Source: a bacterium (lineage in GTDB: Bacteria > Fidelibacterota > Fidelibacteria > Fidelibacterales > Fidelibacteraceae). Taken from it: 64,000 nt of DNA. Both the position numbers and the translations under genes were made by a program. Below the pieces are notes generated by a model, which was not told the DNA's origin, ran no database searches, and saw only the letters and a program-made list of their open reading frames with translations. The stretch spans positions 1,184,001-1,248,000 of the forward strand of contig OY781066.1 in assembly GCA_963676395.1 (NCBI GenBank), read 5' to 3'. Positions 17,189-27,498 of the stretch are shown piece after piece; position 1 is the stretch's first letter; every line of letters begins with the position of its first letter.

Positions 17189-20160
17189 CGGATTTTAACA
17201 TAATAGAGTATTATAATAAATATAAGTATGGCGATGGCATATTGCGTCAGCTTATGCAATTTCGTGTTAAAAAAATTCTTTTGATATCGACAGTTTACGA
17301 TGCGTTTGTTTTTGAGCGGGATGCGCTTTTAGGAGAGCAAGTATTTGGTGAGTACATGGAGCTGAATTTATCATCACCTCCGGTGATCGAAGCGGTACCT
17401 ACCGGAGAAGAAGCTTTAAAGCGTATGGAAGTAGAAAAGTTCGATTTGGTAATCACCACTTTACATACGGGCAAGACATCTCCTTTTGATGTTTTGAATA
17501 GTATTAGAGAATGCAATGATGATATACCTGTAGTATTATTGTTGACTTCTATGGCCGATATGAATGTGGTTGAAGAAAGGTTAGATCCGGATAAAGCGTT
17601 TGACGAAATTTTTGTTTGGAAGGGAGATGCTAATCTGTTTCTAGCCATTATTAAGAGTATAGAAGACAAGAAGAATATTGCCTTTGATACAAAAGTTGGC
17701 CTTGTTCGTGTGATTATGTTGGTTGAGGACTCTCCACATTTTTACTCGATGTTTTTACCATTATTGTATGAGGAGGTTGTAAAGCAAACTCAACATTTAA
17801 TTATTGAAGAATTGAACGAACGAGAAAAACGCCACCGGATGCGTGCGCGCCCCAAGGTAGTTCTTGCAAAAAATTTTGAAGAAGCTATAGAGATATACGA
17901 AACTTATAAAAATAATCTTGTTGCAATTTTTACGGACATGCGCTTTACGAGAGAGGGCAAAGAGGATGATGAAGCGGGACTTCGCCTGTTGGAAACTTTA
18001 CATGAGCGAGGCAGTGATCTTGCCACGTTAATACTATCCTCAGAGGCAGAAAACGAGGAGAAGGCGAAAAAAGCCGATACAGCTTTTCTTCATAAGCACA
18101 GTAAACATATGTTGCATAAACTGAGAAATTTTATTATGGAGAATCTTGGTTTCGGTGATTTTATTTTCAGAGATCAGTTTGGTAATGTTTTAGATCGAGC
18201 AGGTTATTTGGCTGAATTCGAAGAAAAGCTTCAATTTATTCCCGAAGAATCCATCATTTACCATGCGGAAAAAAATCACTTTTCGGCATGGCTTATGGCC
18301 AGGGGGGAAGTGGAATTGGCTCGAAATATTCGTAAGATGAAACGCAAGGATTTTGAGAGCATTGAGGCTATGAGACGATATCTTGTATTAAAAGTTTTAG
18401 AAGTACAAAAATTGAGAAATCGTGGTGAAATAATACGCTTTCATCAATACAGTATGCCGGATGAAAATGAGATCATTTTATTGTCCGAAGGCTCACTTGG
18501 AGGCAAGGGCCGTGGTTTAGCGTTTTTAAATACCTTGTTAACGAGAATGGATAAGCATAAGCTTTTTGATGGTGTACATGTTTGTTTGCCGAATACAGCT
18601 GCTATTGGAATCAGTGAATATGACGAGTTTATATCAAGAAATCATATAGATTCACAAATTCACGAAGAATTGTCTGATGAAGAGATAGATAGAATATTTC
18701 TTTCAGGTGAATTGTCTGACTCCCTGATACGAAAATTAACACGATTGCTTGAGAGAATACATTATCCAATTGCAGTTCGCTCATCTTCTTTGTTGGAAGA
18801 CAGTTATTCTCAACCGTTTGCGGGCATTTATCGAACCTATATGTTGGCCAATAATGATGAAGATCTCAATGTTAGATTAAGGCAATTGATGGACGCCATA
18901 AAATTAATATATGCTTCATCATATAGTCTTGGTACTCAGCAATATATAGAGCATATTGGGCATCAACTTGATGAAGAAAAGATGGCTGTTATCATTCAGG
19001 AGATTGTTGGAACAAAGAATGAAGACTACTACTACCCTCATATATCGGGAGTTGCTCAGTCGTACAATTTCTATCCAATTGATAATCAGAAGCATAGTGA
19101 TGGTATGGCATCTCTGGCCGTTGGTTTGGGTAAAATGGTAATCGAGGGAGGAAATGTTTATCGCTTTTGTCCAAAGTATCCAAAGGTTTCGTTGATGTCA
19201 ATGGAGGAAGTCATATCATCGGCACAGAGAGATTTTTATGCTTTGGATCTAAAAAGCAATCAATTGGGACTTCGGGGATACGAGTCATTAACATTGAGAA
19301 AACTTCCACTATCTAAGGCAGAAGAGCATGGTCGCTTAAAGCACCTAGCTTCAGTATTCGATTATCAAAATAATCGTTTGTGGCCGGGCTTAGGTCGGCC
19401 GGGGCCTCGGATCATTACTTTTGATAATATTTTAAAATATAATTATTATCCTTTAAGCAGTGCAATTAATCGACTTTTAGAAATTGGTGAAGCAGCCATG
19501 GGTATGCCGGTTGAGATTGAATTTGCAGTAGATTTGGACAAACAAAATAGTGAAAGTGAATATCCAACATTTTATTTATTACAAATTAGACCATTGGCCG
19601 TATCTGCATCGAATACAATTGTTGATCTTGGTCAGCATAAAAAGGATAAGATTATTCTTTATACCGAACAAGGTATGGGAAATGGAGAAATTAATGATCT
19701 AAAAAATATTATATGGTGTTTACCTGATACTTTTTCATCAATTGAAACTCTAGATATTCAAATGGAACTGGATGAAATAAATCGTATGATGAAAGAAGAA
19801 AAAGAGGAATATATATTAATTGGCCCAGGAAGATGGGGAAGCCATGATAGGTTTCTTGGTGTTCCTATTCAATTTGGTCAGATATCTCAAGCTAGGGTCA
19901 TTGTTGAGTCGGGTATAGAAGGTTTTGATATTCCTCCATCTCAAGGAACACATTTTTTCCATAATGTTGTGGCTATGAATATTGGATATTTTTCTGTGCC
20001 ATATCAAAGTGAGGGAGATGATTATGTTAATTGGGATTTGTTATCGACTATGAAATCAAAAGGAAAATGGAAATATTTTAAACATATTAAGCCCCAAAAG
20101 AGTATTTCCGTTAAAATGGATGGAAAAACAGGGAAAGCGATTATATACTTGGATAAATAG
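17185..20160 (+). CDS. Receiver-like domains fused to PEP-synthase/PPDK N-terminal (ATP-grasp) domain
   Basis: GSLGGKGRGLAF, AVRSSSLLED, FAGIY, MAVIIQ, VEIEFA, LLQIRP; N-terminal receiver-like segments (IMLVEDS, IFTDMRF). Confidence 0.85.
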   Translation: MTDFNIIEYYNKYKYGDGILRQLMQFRVKKILLISTVYDAFVFERDALLGEQVFGEYMELNLSSPPVIEAVPTGEEALKRMEVEKFDLVITTLHTGKTSPFDVLNSIRECNDDIPVVLLLTSMADMNVVEERLDPDKAFDEIFVWKGDANLFLAIIKSIEDKKNIAFDTKVGLVRVIMLVEDSPHFYSMFLPLLYEEVVKQTQHLIIEELNEREKRHRMRARPKVVLAKNFEEAIEIYETYKNNLVAIFTDMRFTREGKEDDEAGLRLLETLHERGSDLATLILSSEAENEEKAKKADTAFLHKHSKHMLHKLRNFIMENLGFGDFIFRDQFGNVLDRAGYLAEFEEKLQFIPEESIIYHAEKNHFSAWLMARGEVELARNIRKMKRKDFESIEAMRRYLVLKVLEVQKLRNRGEIIRFHQYSMPDENEIILLSEGSLGGKGRGLAFLNTLLTRMDKHKLFDGVHVCLPNTAAIGISEYDEFISRNHIDSQIHEELSDEEIDRIFLSGELSDSLIRKLTRLLERIHYPIAVRSSSLLEDSYSQPFAGIYRTYMLANNDEDLNVRLRQLMDAIKLIYASSYSLGTQQYIEHIGHQLDEEKMAVIIQEIVGTKNEDYYYPHISGVAQSYNFYPIDNQKHSDGMASLAVGLGKMVIEGGNVYRFCPKYPKVSLMSMEEVISSAQRDFYALDLKSNQLGLRGYESLTLRKLPLSKAEEHGRLKHLASVFDYQNNRLWPGLGRPGPRIITFDNILKYNYYPLSSAINRLLEIGEAAMGMPVEIEFAVDLDKQNSESEYPTFYLLQIRPLAVSASNTIVDLGQHKKDKIILYTEQGMGNGEINDLKNIIWCLPDTFSSIETLDIQMELDEINRMMKEEKEEYILIGPGRWGSHDRFLGVPIQFGQISQARVIVESGIEGFDIPPSQGTHFFHNVVAMNIGYFSVPYQSEGDDYVNWDLLSTMKSKGKWKYFKHIKPQKSISVKMDGKTGKAIIYLDK

Positions 20161-20270
20161 TTGTTAACAGTTTATCCACAAATTTATACACTAGCAATTA
20201 TATTACTTATATGAGGCTAATGTCGTAAGCTAAGGCTGGATTTAGACTAATAAAAGGGGAAATTTCCACA
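20161..20270. promoter_or_regulatory. Secondary DnaA-box cluster
   Basis: TTATCCACA (perfect) 20172-20180; TTATACACT 20184-20192; TTGTTAACA 20161-20169; ATTTCCACA 20262-20270; all in the same orientation. Confidence 0.6.
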
Positions 20271-20275
20271 GAATT

Positions 20276-20303
20276 AAAAAAGGCTCTCAATCTGAGAGCC
20301 TTT
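20276..20303 (-). terminator. Rho-independent terminator (likely bidirectional)
   Basis: AAAGGCTCTCA-atc-TGAGAGCCTTT hairpin with A-run, between convergent genes. Confidence 0.8.
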
Positions 20304-20322
20304 AAATTATCATAAGATATTA

Positions 20323-20604
20323 TTACCAAGATCTGCGTTCTTGGCGAGGACGTTCTTGGCGAGGACGGGCAAGATTAACTTTTAGGGGACGACCCTGTAG
20401 TTCTTTGCCGTTAACTTCATCGATGGCTTTTTGGCCTTCTTCATCGTTGTCCATTTCGACAAAACCGAAACCTTTTGAGTTACCTGTCATGCGATCTTTA
20501 ATAATGTTCACACTGCTAACTTCGCCAAATTCGGCAAATACAGATTTAAGATCTTCGTCGGTTGTACCGTAAGGCAGGTTTCCTACATAAATGTTCATAT
20601 CCAT
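20323..20604 (-). CDS. RRM-domain RNA-binding protein
   Basis: RNP2 IYVGNL, RNP1 KGFGFVEM, LKVNLAR. Confidence 0.95.
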   Translation of the reverse strand: MDMNIYVGNLPYGTTDEDLKSVFAEFGEVSSVNIIKDRMTGNSKGFGFVEMDNDEEGQKAIDEVNGKELQGRPLKVNLARPRQERPRQERRSW

Positions 20605-20898
20605 TCCTTATCTTTTTGCGCATCTAATTCTTATTATCATCGATAGTCAATGCACAAACTGAACGATGATCTTTGCCAAACGCTGGCTCAGGATTGTGTT
20701 ACAAGTGAATAGCTTACAACTTTTTTTCCTACTATATCAATGTAAACAGAAGTCAAGATAATAACAAGAAAATAGTATTTTTTTCTAAATAATTCATATT
20801 TAAAAGATTTAAAGCACGAAATTGAAATATTCATGCTTTTATATCAAAGTACTTGAGATTTGCGGTTAGGATGGAAATATCGAAGTCAAATTTTGCTG

Positions 20899-22731
20899 CT
20901 ATTTTGCCAAAAATATGAGTAATACCTGAATATCTGCCGGTGAGATTCCGCGAATACGGCTTGCTTGACCAATGGTGTTTGGACGGAATTTTTTTAATTT
21001 TTCCCTTCCTTCATTTGAAAAGGAAGCGATTTTATCGTAATCGAAATTATCAGGTATTTTTTTAAGATCGAGTTGTTGCATTTTTTGGACTTGTTTGAAT
21101 TGTCTTTCAATGTATCCTTCATAACGCGTCATGACAAAAGCTTGGTCAACCGAGTCAAGAAGCATATCCGGAAAATAATATTTTTGAATAGATAATATTT
21201 TATCTTCCCTACATTTTTCTTGTTTAATTAGAAGGGAAAGTGAATTGGTTGCTTCAATTGAAATATCTAAGGGGTTATCTTTGAGTATACGTGTCTTGGG
21301 AAATTGTGATTTTAATTTATCACTTTCGGATTTTACGCGTTGAAAACTTTCTAGTATCTCAGTGCTTTTGATTCCAATGCTTTTGGCGGCATTTAATAAT
21401 CGGAGATGTGCATTGTCCCATCGCAATAAGAGTCTATATTCGGCAAGTGAAGTAAACATTCGATAAGGTTCTGATGTTTCTTTTGAACAGAGATCGTCAA
21501 TGAGTACCCCCGAATAAGCTTCGTGGCGTTTTAAGATGATAGCATCTTTTGATTCAAGTTTTCTAGCAGCATTCACCGCTGCGATGAATCCTTGAACAGC
21601 CGCTTCTTCATATCCACTGGTTCCATTAATTTGTCCAGCGAAATACAATCCCTCAATATTCTTTGTTTCAAGGGTTCTTTGTATTTGATAGGAGGGGAAG
21701 TAGTCATATTCAATAGCATAACCAATTTTTAGGAATTCTGCATTCTCTAAACCGGGTACAGATCTTAATGCTCGAATTTGTATGTCGGTTGGAAGTGAAG
21801 ATGAAAATCCATTCACATACCACTGTGCCGAACCTTCCCATTCTGGCTCAAGAAAAAGTTGGTGTTGTGGTTTGTCGGAAAAACGGACTATCTTGTCTTC
21901 TATACTTGGACAGTATCTTGGACCTACACCATCAATTTTTCCGGTGTACAAGGGTGATCTATCCAAAGCTGAACGTAATATTTCATGTGTTTTTTCATTT
22001 GTATATGCCAACCAACAAGGAATATTTGGAGGATTAAAATTATTCGTTGTATGGGAGAAAGGACGTGGATCCGGGTCACCATTTTGGATCTCGAGTTTTG
22101 AAAAATCTATAGATCGCTTTGTTAAACGAGAGGGAGTTCCCGTTTTTAAACGTCCGATATCAAAGCCCATATTTTTTAACTGATCGGATATTCCGATCGA
22201 AGGAAGTTCTCCATAGCGTCCTGCCGGAATTTGTAATGATCCTATATGTATTTTGCCACGAAGGAATGTGCCATTTGTAAGAATACAGGCTTTTGCTTTA
22301 ATCAGGGTACCATCATGAAGATAAACTCCACGTAAGTTATCATTTTGTATTTCCAGTCCACGCGCATCCGATTCGATAACATCAAGATTTTCCTGAGAAG
22401 CAATAACGTGCTGCATATATGCTTCATATTTGATTTTATCCGCTTGAGCACGGGGTGACCACACGGCCCGACCCTTTGATCTATTTAATAACTTGAACTG
22501 TATACCCGTTGCATCTATTGCTTTACCCATTTCACCACCAAGCGCATCAAGTTCACGAACCAGGTGGCCTTTTGCCAAACCTCCAATTGAAGGGTTGCAG
22601 CTCATTCTTGCAATAGCTGAAGCTTCGATTGTAATTAATGCGGTGCTGTGTCCAAGTCGAGCTGCTGCGAGGGCCGCTTCAACGCCGGCATGACCACCAC
22701 CGATAACCACGATGTCATAATTTATTTTCAT
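20899..22731 (-). CDS. mnmG: tRNA uridine 5-carboxymethylaminomethyl modification enzyme
   Basis: GGGHAGVEAA, MSCNPSIGG, GPRYCPSIEDK, GQINGTSGYEEAA. Confidence 0.98.
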   Translation of the reverse strand: MKINYDIVVIGGGHAGVEAALAAARLGHSTALITIEASAIARMSCNPSIGGLAKGHLVRELDALGGEMGKAIDATGIQFKLLNRSKGRAVWSPRAQADKIKYEAYMQHVIASQENLDVIESDARGLEIQNDNLRGVYLHDGTLIKAKACILTNGTFLRGKIHIGSLQIPAGRYGELPSIGISDQLKNMGFDIGRLKTGTPSRLTKRSIDFSKLEIQNGDPDPRPFSHTTNNFNPPNIPCWLAYTNEKTHEILRSALDRSPLYTGKIDGVGPRYCPSIEDKIVRFSDKPQHQLFLEPEWEGSAQWYVNGFSSSLPTDIQIRALRSVPGLENAEFLKIGYAIEYDYFPSYQIQRTLETKNIEGLYFAGQINGTSGYEEAAVQGFIAAVNAARKLESKDAIILKRHEAYSGVLIDDLCSKETSEPYRMFTSLAEYRLLLRWDNAHLRLLNAAKSIGIKSTEILESFQRVKSESDKLKSQFPKTRILKDNPLDISIEATNSLSLLIKQEKCREDKILSIQKYYFPDMLLDSVDQAFVMTRYEGYIERQFKQVQKMQQLDLKKIPDNFDYDKIASFSNEGREKLKKFRPNTIGQASRIRGISPADIQVLLIFLAK

Positions 22732-22787
22732 GGGTGAAATTTACAATATTGGATGCGAAAGACAAACAATTGAATGCCGAATACTGA

Positions 22788-24149
22788 TTACTTTCCAATA
22801 CAGAATTGATCAAAGATATTGTTTAATATATCGTCAGATGTTGTTTGCCCACTGATGTCATCAAGGGCATCAATGGCTTCGCGAATATCTAAAGAAAGAA
22901 ATTCGTTGGACATGCTGTCTCGAGCGGCATTTTGTGTTCTTTCAAGAGCAAACAGACAATTTGAAAGGGCGTTTTTATGACGTTCACGAGTGATCGCAAG
23001 ACTATTGCCATCAACGTGGTAATTTTTCCGAATAAGTTCTTCCATCAGATCACAAAGTTCATGAAGGCCTTCATGATTCAAGGCCGATATATTTATACTT
23101 AGATCGGCATTAATATCTGGTATTGATTGATTTAGGTCATATTTGTTATAAACAACGATCTTTGGAAGTTCAGGGCGCTGCTTTAAAAAGTCTTTTTCAA
23201 ATTTAAGATCCCGATCTCCATCAAGATCAACAATAAGTAATACAAGATCAGCATGTTCAAGGCTTTTCATTGTCCTGTCGGTACCAATTTTTTCAACGGG
23301 ATCACACGTTTCTCTAAGTCCTGCAGTATCAATGAGTTTGAACATAATACCTTTGTGAGTAAAGGACTCTTCGATTGTGTCGCGAGTTGTCCCCGGCACG
23401 TTTGAAATAATAGCACGCTCTTCTTCAAGCAAAGCATTTAAGAGGGAAGACTTTCCCGCATTTGGCTTACCGACGATAGGAACTTTTGCCCCTTCGCGTA
23501 AAATTCTTCCTGAAGAATATGAGTTATATAGTTTCTCAATATGTTCTTTTGCTAAAGAGAGCTTGCCTGTTAACTCAGATTTATCGAGTGTTGTAATTTC
23601 TTGCTCGGAAAAATCCAATTCTAATTCAAGTATCGAAGCAATATCAGTGAGTTCTTTTCTTAAGTTTTTGACTTTATCGGAGAGTTTTCCACTAAGTGTT
23701 TCGCTGGCAATTTTTTTACCTGAATCGGACACTGCATGAATAAGATCTGCGACAGCTTCTGCCTGTAATAGATCCATTTTTCTGTTGATAAAAGCGCGAC
23801 GAGTAAATTCTCCGGGTAGCGCCGGACGAGCGCCCAATTGATAGTATAATTCAAGAATTGCCGGCGCAGCTACGTAACCGCCATGACAGGAAATTTCAAT
23901 AATATCATCTCCGGTATAGGATGCGGGGGCTTTAAAATAAGTAACCACAACCTCATCGATGATCAAATTATTATTTTTATCAATTACTTCGGTAAAGTGA
24001 GCATATCTTGGTTTAAGTTTTTTAGCTTTGATGCCTTTGAGGGCGATTTCGTAGGAATTATTTCCGGATAAACGCAGAACGGCTATTCCACTTTGACCCG
24101 GTGGAGTCGAGAGCGCAATAATGGTATCATCTTGATCAATATATGCCAT
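22788..24149 (-). CDS. mnmE: tRNA modification GTPase
   Basis: SYTGDD..EISCHG, GKPNAGKSS, PGTTRD, DTAG, C-terminal FCIGK. Confidence 0.98.
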   Translation of the reverse strand: MAYIDQDDTIIALSTPPGQSGIAVLRLSGNNSYEIALKGIKAKKLKPRYAHFTEVIDKNNNLIIDEVVVTYFKAPASYTGDDIIEISCHGGYVAAPAILELYYQLGARPALPGEFTRRAFINRKMDLLQAEAVADLIHAVSDSGKKIASETLSGKLSDKVKNLRKELTDIASILELELDFSEQEITTLDKSELTGKLSLAKEHIEKLYNSYSSGRILREGAKVPIVGKPNAGKSSLLNALLEEERAIISNVPGTTRDTIEESFTHKGIMFKLIDTAGLRETCDPVEKIGTDRTMKSLEHADLVLLIVDLDGDRDLKFEKDFLKQRPELPKIVVYNKYDLNQSIPDINADLSINISALNHEGLHELCDLMEELIRKNYHVDGNSLAITRERHKNALSNCLFALERTQNAARDSMSNEFLSLDIREAIDALDDISGQTTSDDILNNIFDQFCIGK

Positions 24150-24150
24150 A

Positions 24151-26739
24151 CTATTTTACCAATAATAGTTTATTATTTGCTAAAGTAATACCGTTTTGAC
24201 TTAATCGACAAATATATATTCCCGAAGAAAGAGTGATGGCATTAAGCTGATACGTATATTTGCCTGAGTACTGATATGTGTCCAGAAGATTAACAACATG
24301 CCGACCGCGAATATCATATAGGTCCAAACGAGTATCTGCATTATTATTTAAAACAAATTCCAGAGTGGTAGTGGGATTAAAGGGATTTGGATATGCCCGT
24401 AAGAGTTCATATGTGTCCGCTTGTCCATCAGCGATACTTGAATGATATTCATTGAGAGCAAAATATATTGCGGGAGTTGCGCCCGAATAACCTAAACCCG
24501 GATTATTTCCGGAGTATTCGCTGTTATTGTATTTAAATAAATAGAAAGAGTTATTTACATAGTCTTTTTTACCTGAATCATGATAGGGAGATGATATAGA
24601 TAGCTTATAGTCATCATCAAATTGAGGATTTTGGGTATAAAGATTATGAATATAGCTGATTGATAATGTATCGCTTAATAGGGACGACGTTCCGTTGTTT
24701 AAACAAGAATTTATAATATCTAAATCTGATTTCTCAATTTCGATTTCATAGTCATTTTCGTTCCATAAGATGCTATTAACAATAGAAGCATTATCACTTT
24801 GATCTTTTAAATAAATAGTGCTGGTATGGTCGCCAAGGCTTTGGTTGTTTACCATGGTTGATTGCAATAAAGAGAGTTTTCCACTGCGTAGGGCAAGAGC
24901 CGCACCTTTGTTTGCGGTGGTGTTGTTTAAAAATAATGAGTTATGGAAACGCAGTTCAGAATTTGTGGTGTATATTGCACCTCCATACTGGCTTATTGCC
25001 AAAGGTTTTGTAAGTGCGCTATCTAAATCTTCAGTATTTGCTGTATTCCCAACGAAATCGGAATAAAATGATATGATCTTCGTGTTGTTTTCGGCAAAAA
25101 TAGCCCCACCGGACGAAGCAACATTGTTTTGAAAAAGTATATTGCTGATATTGGCTGTTGAGGAGTACGAAAGAGTGATTGCACCACCTAAATAGGCTCG
25201 ATTATTTTTAAATTTTAATTTATCCATTTCAAGATTTGTTTCTCGTGCATAGATTGCACCACCGGAAAAATCAGCTTGATTAGAGTCAAATAAAAGATGT
25301 TTTAAATATACATTGGAAGTTTCAAGGTATAAAGCTCCGCCAAGAGTGTAATTTCTATAGAAATAACGACCGCTACCATTTTTTAAGCTTAATCCAAATA
25401 CTTTTAACGAATCAATATTTCTTGCGATGATCACCGGGGAATAGATACTTGTATCTGGAATAAGAACAACCGAATCACGATAGGTGCTATCTTGATTTAG
25501 CACAAATTCAGATGAAATTAACAGCGATTTTTCATCAATGGTAGCTTGACTGTAGTATGTGCCGGGCTTAAAAAGAATGGTGTCCAGGTTATTTGCATAA
25601 TCTACTGCCGCTTGAAGTGTTTTAAAAGGGTAATCCAAAGATCCGTTTCCCCAAATATCATGACCTTCATTTGTTACCCAAAGGCTTGTGGTATCATTAA
25701 GGAGCATATAACGTTCCGATTCATAGGCTCCCATATCGGGTGGCGCCCACTCGGGGTAGGGCCTGGCCTTTCCACTGAGATCATATCGGATGATCCCGTT
25801 AGTATCGGGATCTGCAGCAGAAATACAGGGGGAAATATCTAAGAGGTGAGGTTCAGATGAGCTTGAGTCAACGTGTGGATTGATGAAAATATTTCCATTT
25901 CCTGGAAAGTTTTCGGCAAGTGAGGAATAGTTTATTTCACATTGTGCAATGTCATATGGTGGATTATTCTCAAGGATAGAAGAGGTTATGGTTACATATG
26001 AGTTTGAAAATCTCCAGTCATCTGTAGTACTTTCATTATAATACGACGTGATAAAATCAAAATACCCGTAAGAAGAATTAAAATCATATAGATATGATGA
26101 GCATGTATTGGCGTGGTTTGCCAGGTTCTTTACGGCATAGGATGAATTATTGTTCAGTACTAGCATAGATTTGACAATGTTATTTTTCCATGTTGAATTG
26201 ACCATATTTAACGTGGAATTATCTAATGAAATCAAGCTACATGTGTTTGAATCTAAATTGTAAAACTGTGAATTTGTATCAGTAACTGAAGAGTTAATGA
26301 TTTTTAGTGGATTTGAATTAAAGTGTACAGCATTAATGATAATATTTAGTGAGTTTTCAATAATCACACCACCACCATTCCCGACATCACTTTTATCAAA
26401 AAGGAAACCTTTTATCTGCGAGTTATCGGCATTGCGAATGGTTAAAAGCGGTTGAGAGTTTAAAGAATCAAAAAGTGCCGCACCCGAAGCAATGCTATAG
26501 GATGAGGGATTATTTATGTAGTTACTTGATAAGAGATAGATGGTTTTGTCAATGATCTCAATGGGGCCGGCGTTTTGATGAGCACCTTTAACCAGAATTG
26601 TATCACCGCTTATAGATGAATCAATTGCGGCTTGAATGGTTTTTATACTTAGACTGTCGTTTTCCGAAACATACCATGTGCTTGCAAATAGGGTTGAGCA
26701 TGATAATATTAATAACGCAATGACGAAAAATCGTTTCAT
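24151..26739 (-). CDS. Secreted beta-helix / Pmp-repeat protein with C-terminal sorting (T9SS-type) domain
   Basis: Signal peptide, TIQAAID, PFKTLQAA, PDMGAYE, repeated FxxN..GGAI, C-terminal AYPNPFNP...KLLLVK; start at MKRFF. Confidence 0.75.
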   Translation of the reverse strand: MKRFFVIALLILSCSTLFASTWYVSENDSLSIKTIQAAIDSSISGDTILVKGAHQNAGPIEIIDKTIYLLSSNYINNPSSYSIASGAALFDSLNSQPLLTIRNADNSQIKGFLFDKSDVGNGGGVIIENSLNIIINAVHFNSNPLKIINSSVTDTNSQFYNLDSNTCSLISLDNSTLNMVNSTWKNNIVKSMLVLNNNSSYAVKNLANHANTCSSYLYDFNSSYGYFDFITSYYNESTTDDWRFSNSYVTITSSILENNPPYDIAQCEINYSSLAENFPGNGNIFINPHVDSSSSEPHLLDISPCISAADPDTNGIIRYDLSGKARPYPEWAPPDMGAYESERYMLLNDTTSLWVTNEGHDIWGNGSLDYPFKTLQAAVDYANNLDTILFKPGTYYSQATIDEKSLLISSEFVLNQDSTYRDSVVLIPDTSIYSPVIIARNIDSLKVFGLSLKNGSGRYFYRNYTLGGALYLETSNVYLKHLLFDSNQADFSGGAIYARETNLEMDKLKFKNNRAYLGGAITLSYSSTANISNILFQNNVASSGGAIFAENNTKIISFYSDFVGNTANTEDLDSALTKPLAISQYGGAIYTTNSELRFHNSLFLNNTTANKGAALALRSGKLSLLQSTMVNNQSLGDHTSTIYLKDQSDNASIVNSILWNENDYEIEIEKSDLDIINSCLNNGTSSLLSDTLSISYIHNLYTQNPQFDDDYKLSISSPYHDSGKKDYVNNSFYLFKYNNSEYSGNNPGLGYSGATPAIYFALNEYHSSIADGQADTYELLRAYPNPFNPTTTLEFVLNNNADTRLDLYDIRGRHVVNLLDTYQYSGKYTYQLNAITLSSGIYICRLSQNGITLANNKLLLVK

Positions 26740-26756
26740 ATATCCCCGGCTTAATG

Positions 26757-27497
26757 TCAATTCATTACATCTATACTGCCAAAAATGGCATTCATTTCAA
26801 TGGTGACCGTTTTTGTTTTTAATGCATCGTTGATTTGATTACGCCTATCGTTTATTTTGCCAAAAACAGGACCGCCGTGCTTGACGATTTTCCAGTCTTG
26901 CGGCACTAATAGCGTAATGTTACCAAAGATAGCCGTGAATTCAAGATAGGTGTTCATTGTTGGATTCGTTTGTCTAAGGTCTAACTCGAGATTCCCGAAT
27001 GCGGCTGTTCCGTGTCCTCCGGCCAATTGATCATCCTTGATTACTTCGCGTTGTGAGTTAAAGATGGTATTTATGGTGAATACATGATCTGCATTTGTGG
27101 CGTGGAAAACACGTTCATGCTTTGGGTCACTATCATTGTCTCTTTCTGTTCCCGGTTGGAAATGTCGTGGTTCTTTTCGCTTTCTTGGCAAGATGATAAT
27201 ACCTACCATGATAAGCGCTGCCGGCCAGATAAGATCTTCGAGATCATAGATCCCGAGGGTGTGTAATAAGAAAACAACACCTATGAAAACTAGAAAAACT
27301 CCCCCTCCCCATGAACCGCCGGGTGCGAAAATGGTAATCAGGCCGATAAGAACGAGAATCAATGGCCACCAATCGAAGAATAGATCGTCTATATCCCACC
27401 AGGCAAGATTATTACCCAGAGCGATTAAACCGAAACAAATGAATACTAGCGCAAGAACAACACGAAATAAGCTGTGGCCGCTTGAGTTTTTTTTCAT
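26757..27497 (-). CDS. LiaF-like cell-envelope stress membrane protein (DUF2154-type C-terminus)
   Basis: N-terminal TM helices with WWPLIL and WPAALI; C-terminal FGNLELDLR, FGNITLLVP..W, FGSIDV; start at MKKNSS after RBS GGAGG. Confidence 0.75.
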   Translation of the reverse strand: MKKNSSGHSLFRVVLALVFICFGLIALGNNLAWWDIDDLFFDWWPLILVLIGLITIFAPGGSWGGGVFLVFIGVVFLLHTLGIYDLEDLIWPAALIMVGIIILPRKRKEPRHFQPGTERDNDSDPKHERVFHATNADHVFTINTIFNSQREVIKDDQLAGGHGTAAFGNLELDLRQTNPTMNTYLEFTAIFGNITLLVPQDWKIVKHGGPVFGKINDRRNQINDALKTKTVTIEMNAIFGSIDVMN

Positions 27498-27498
27498 A

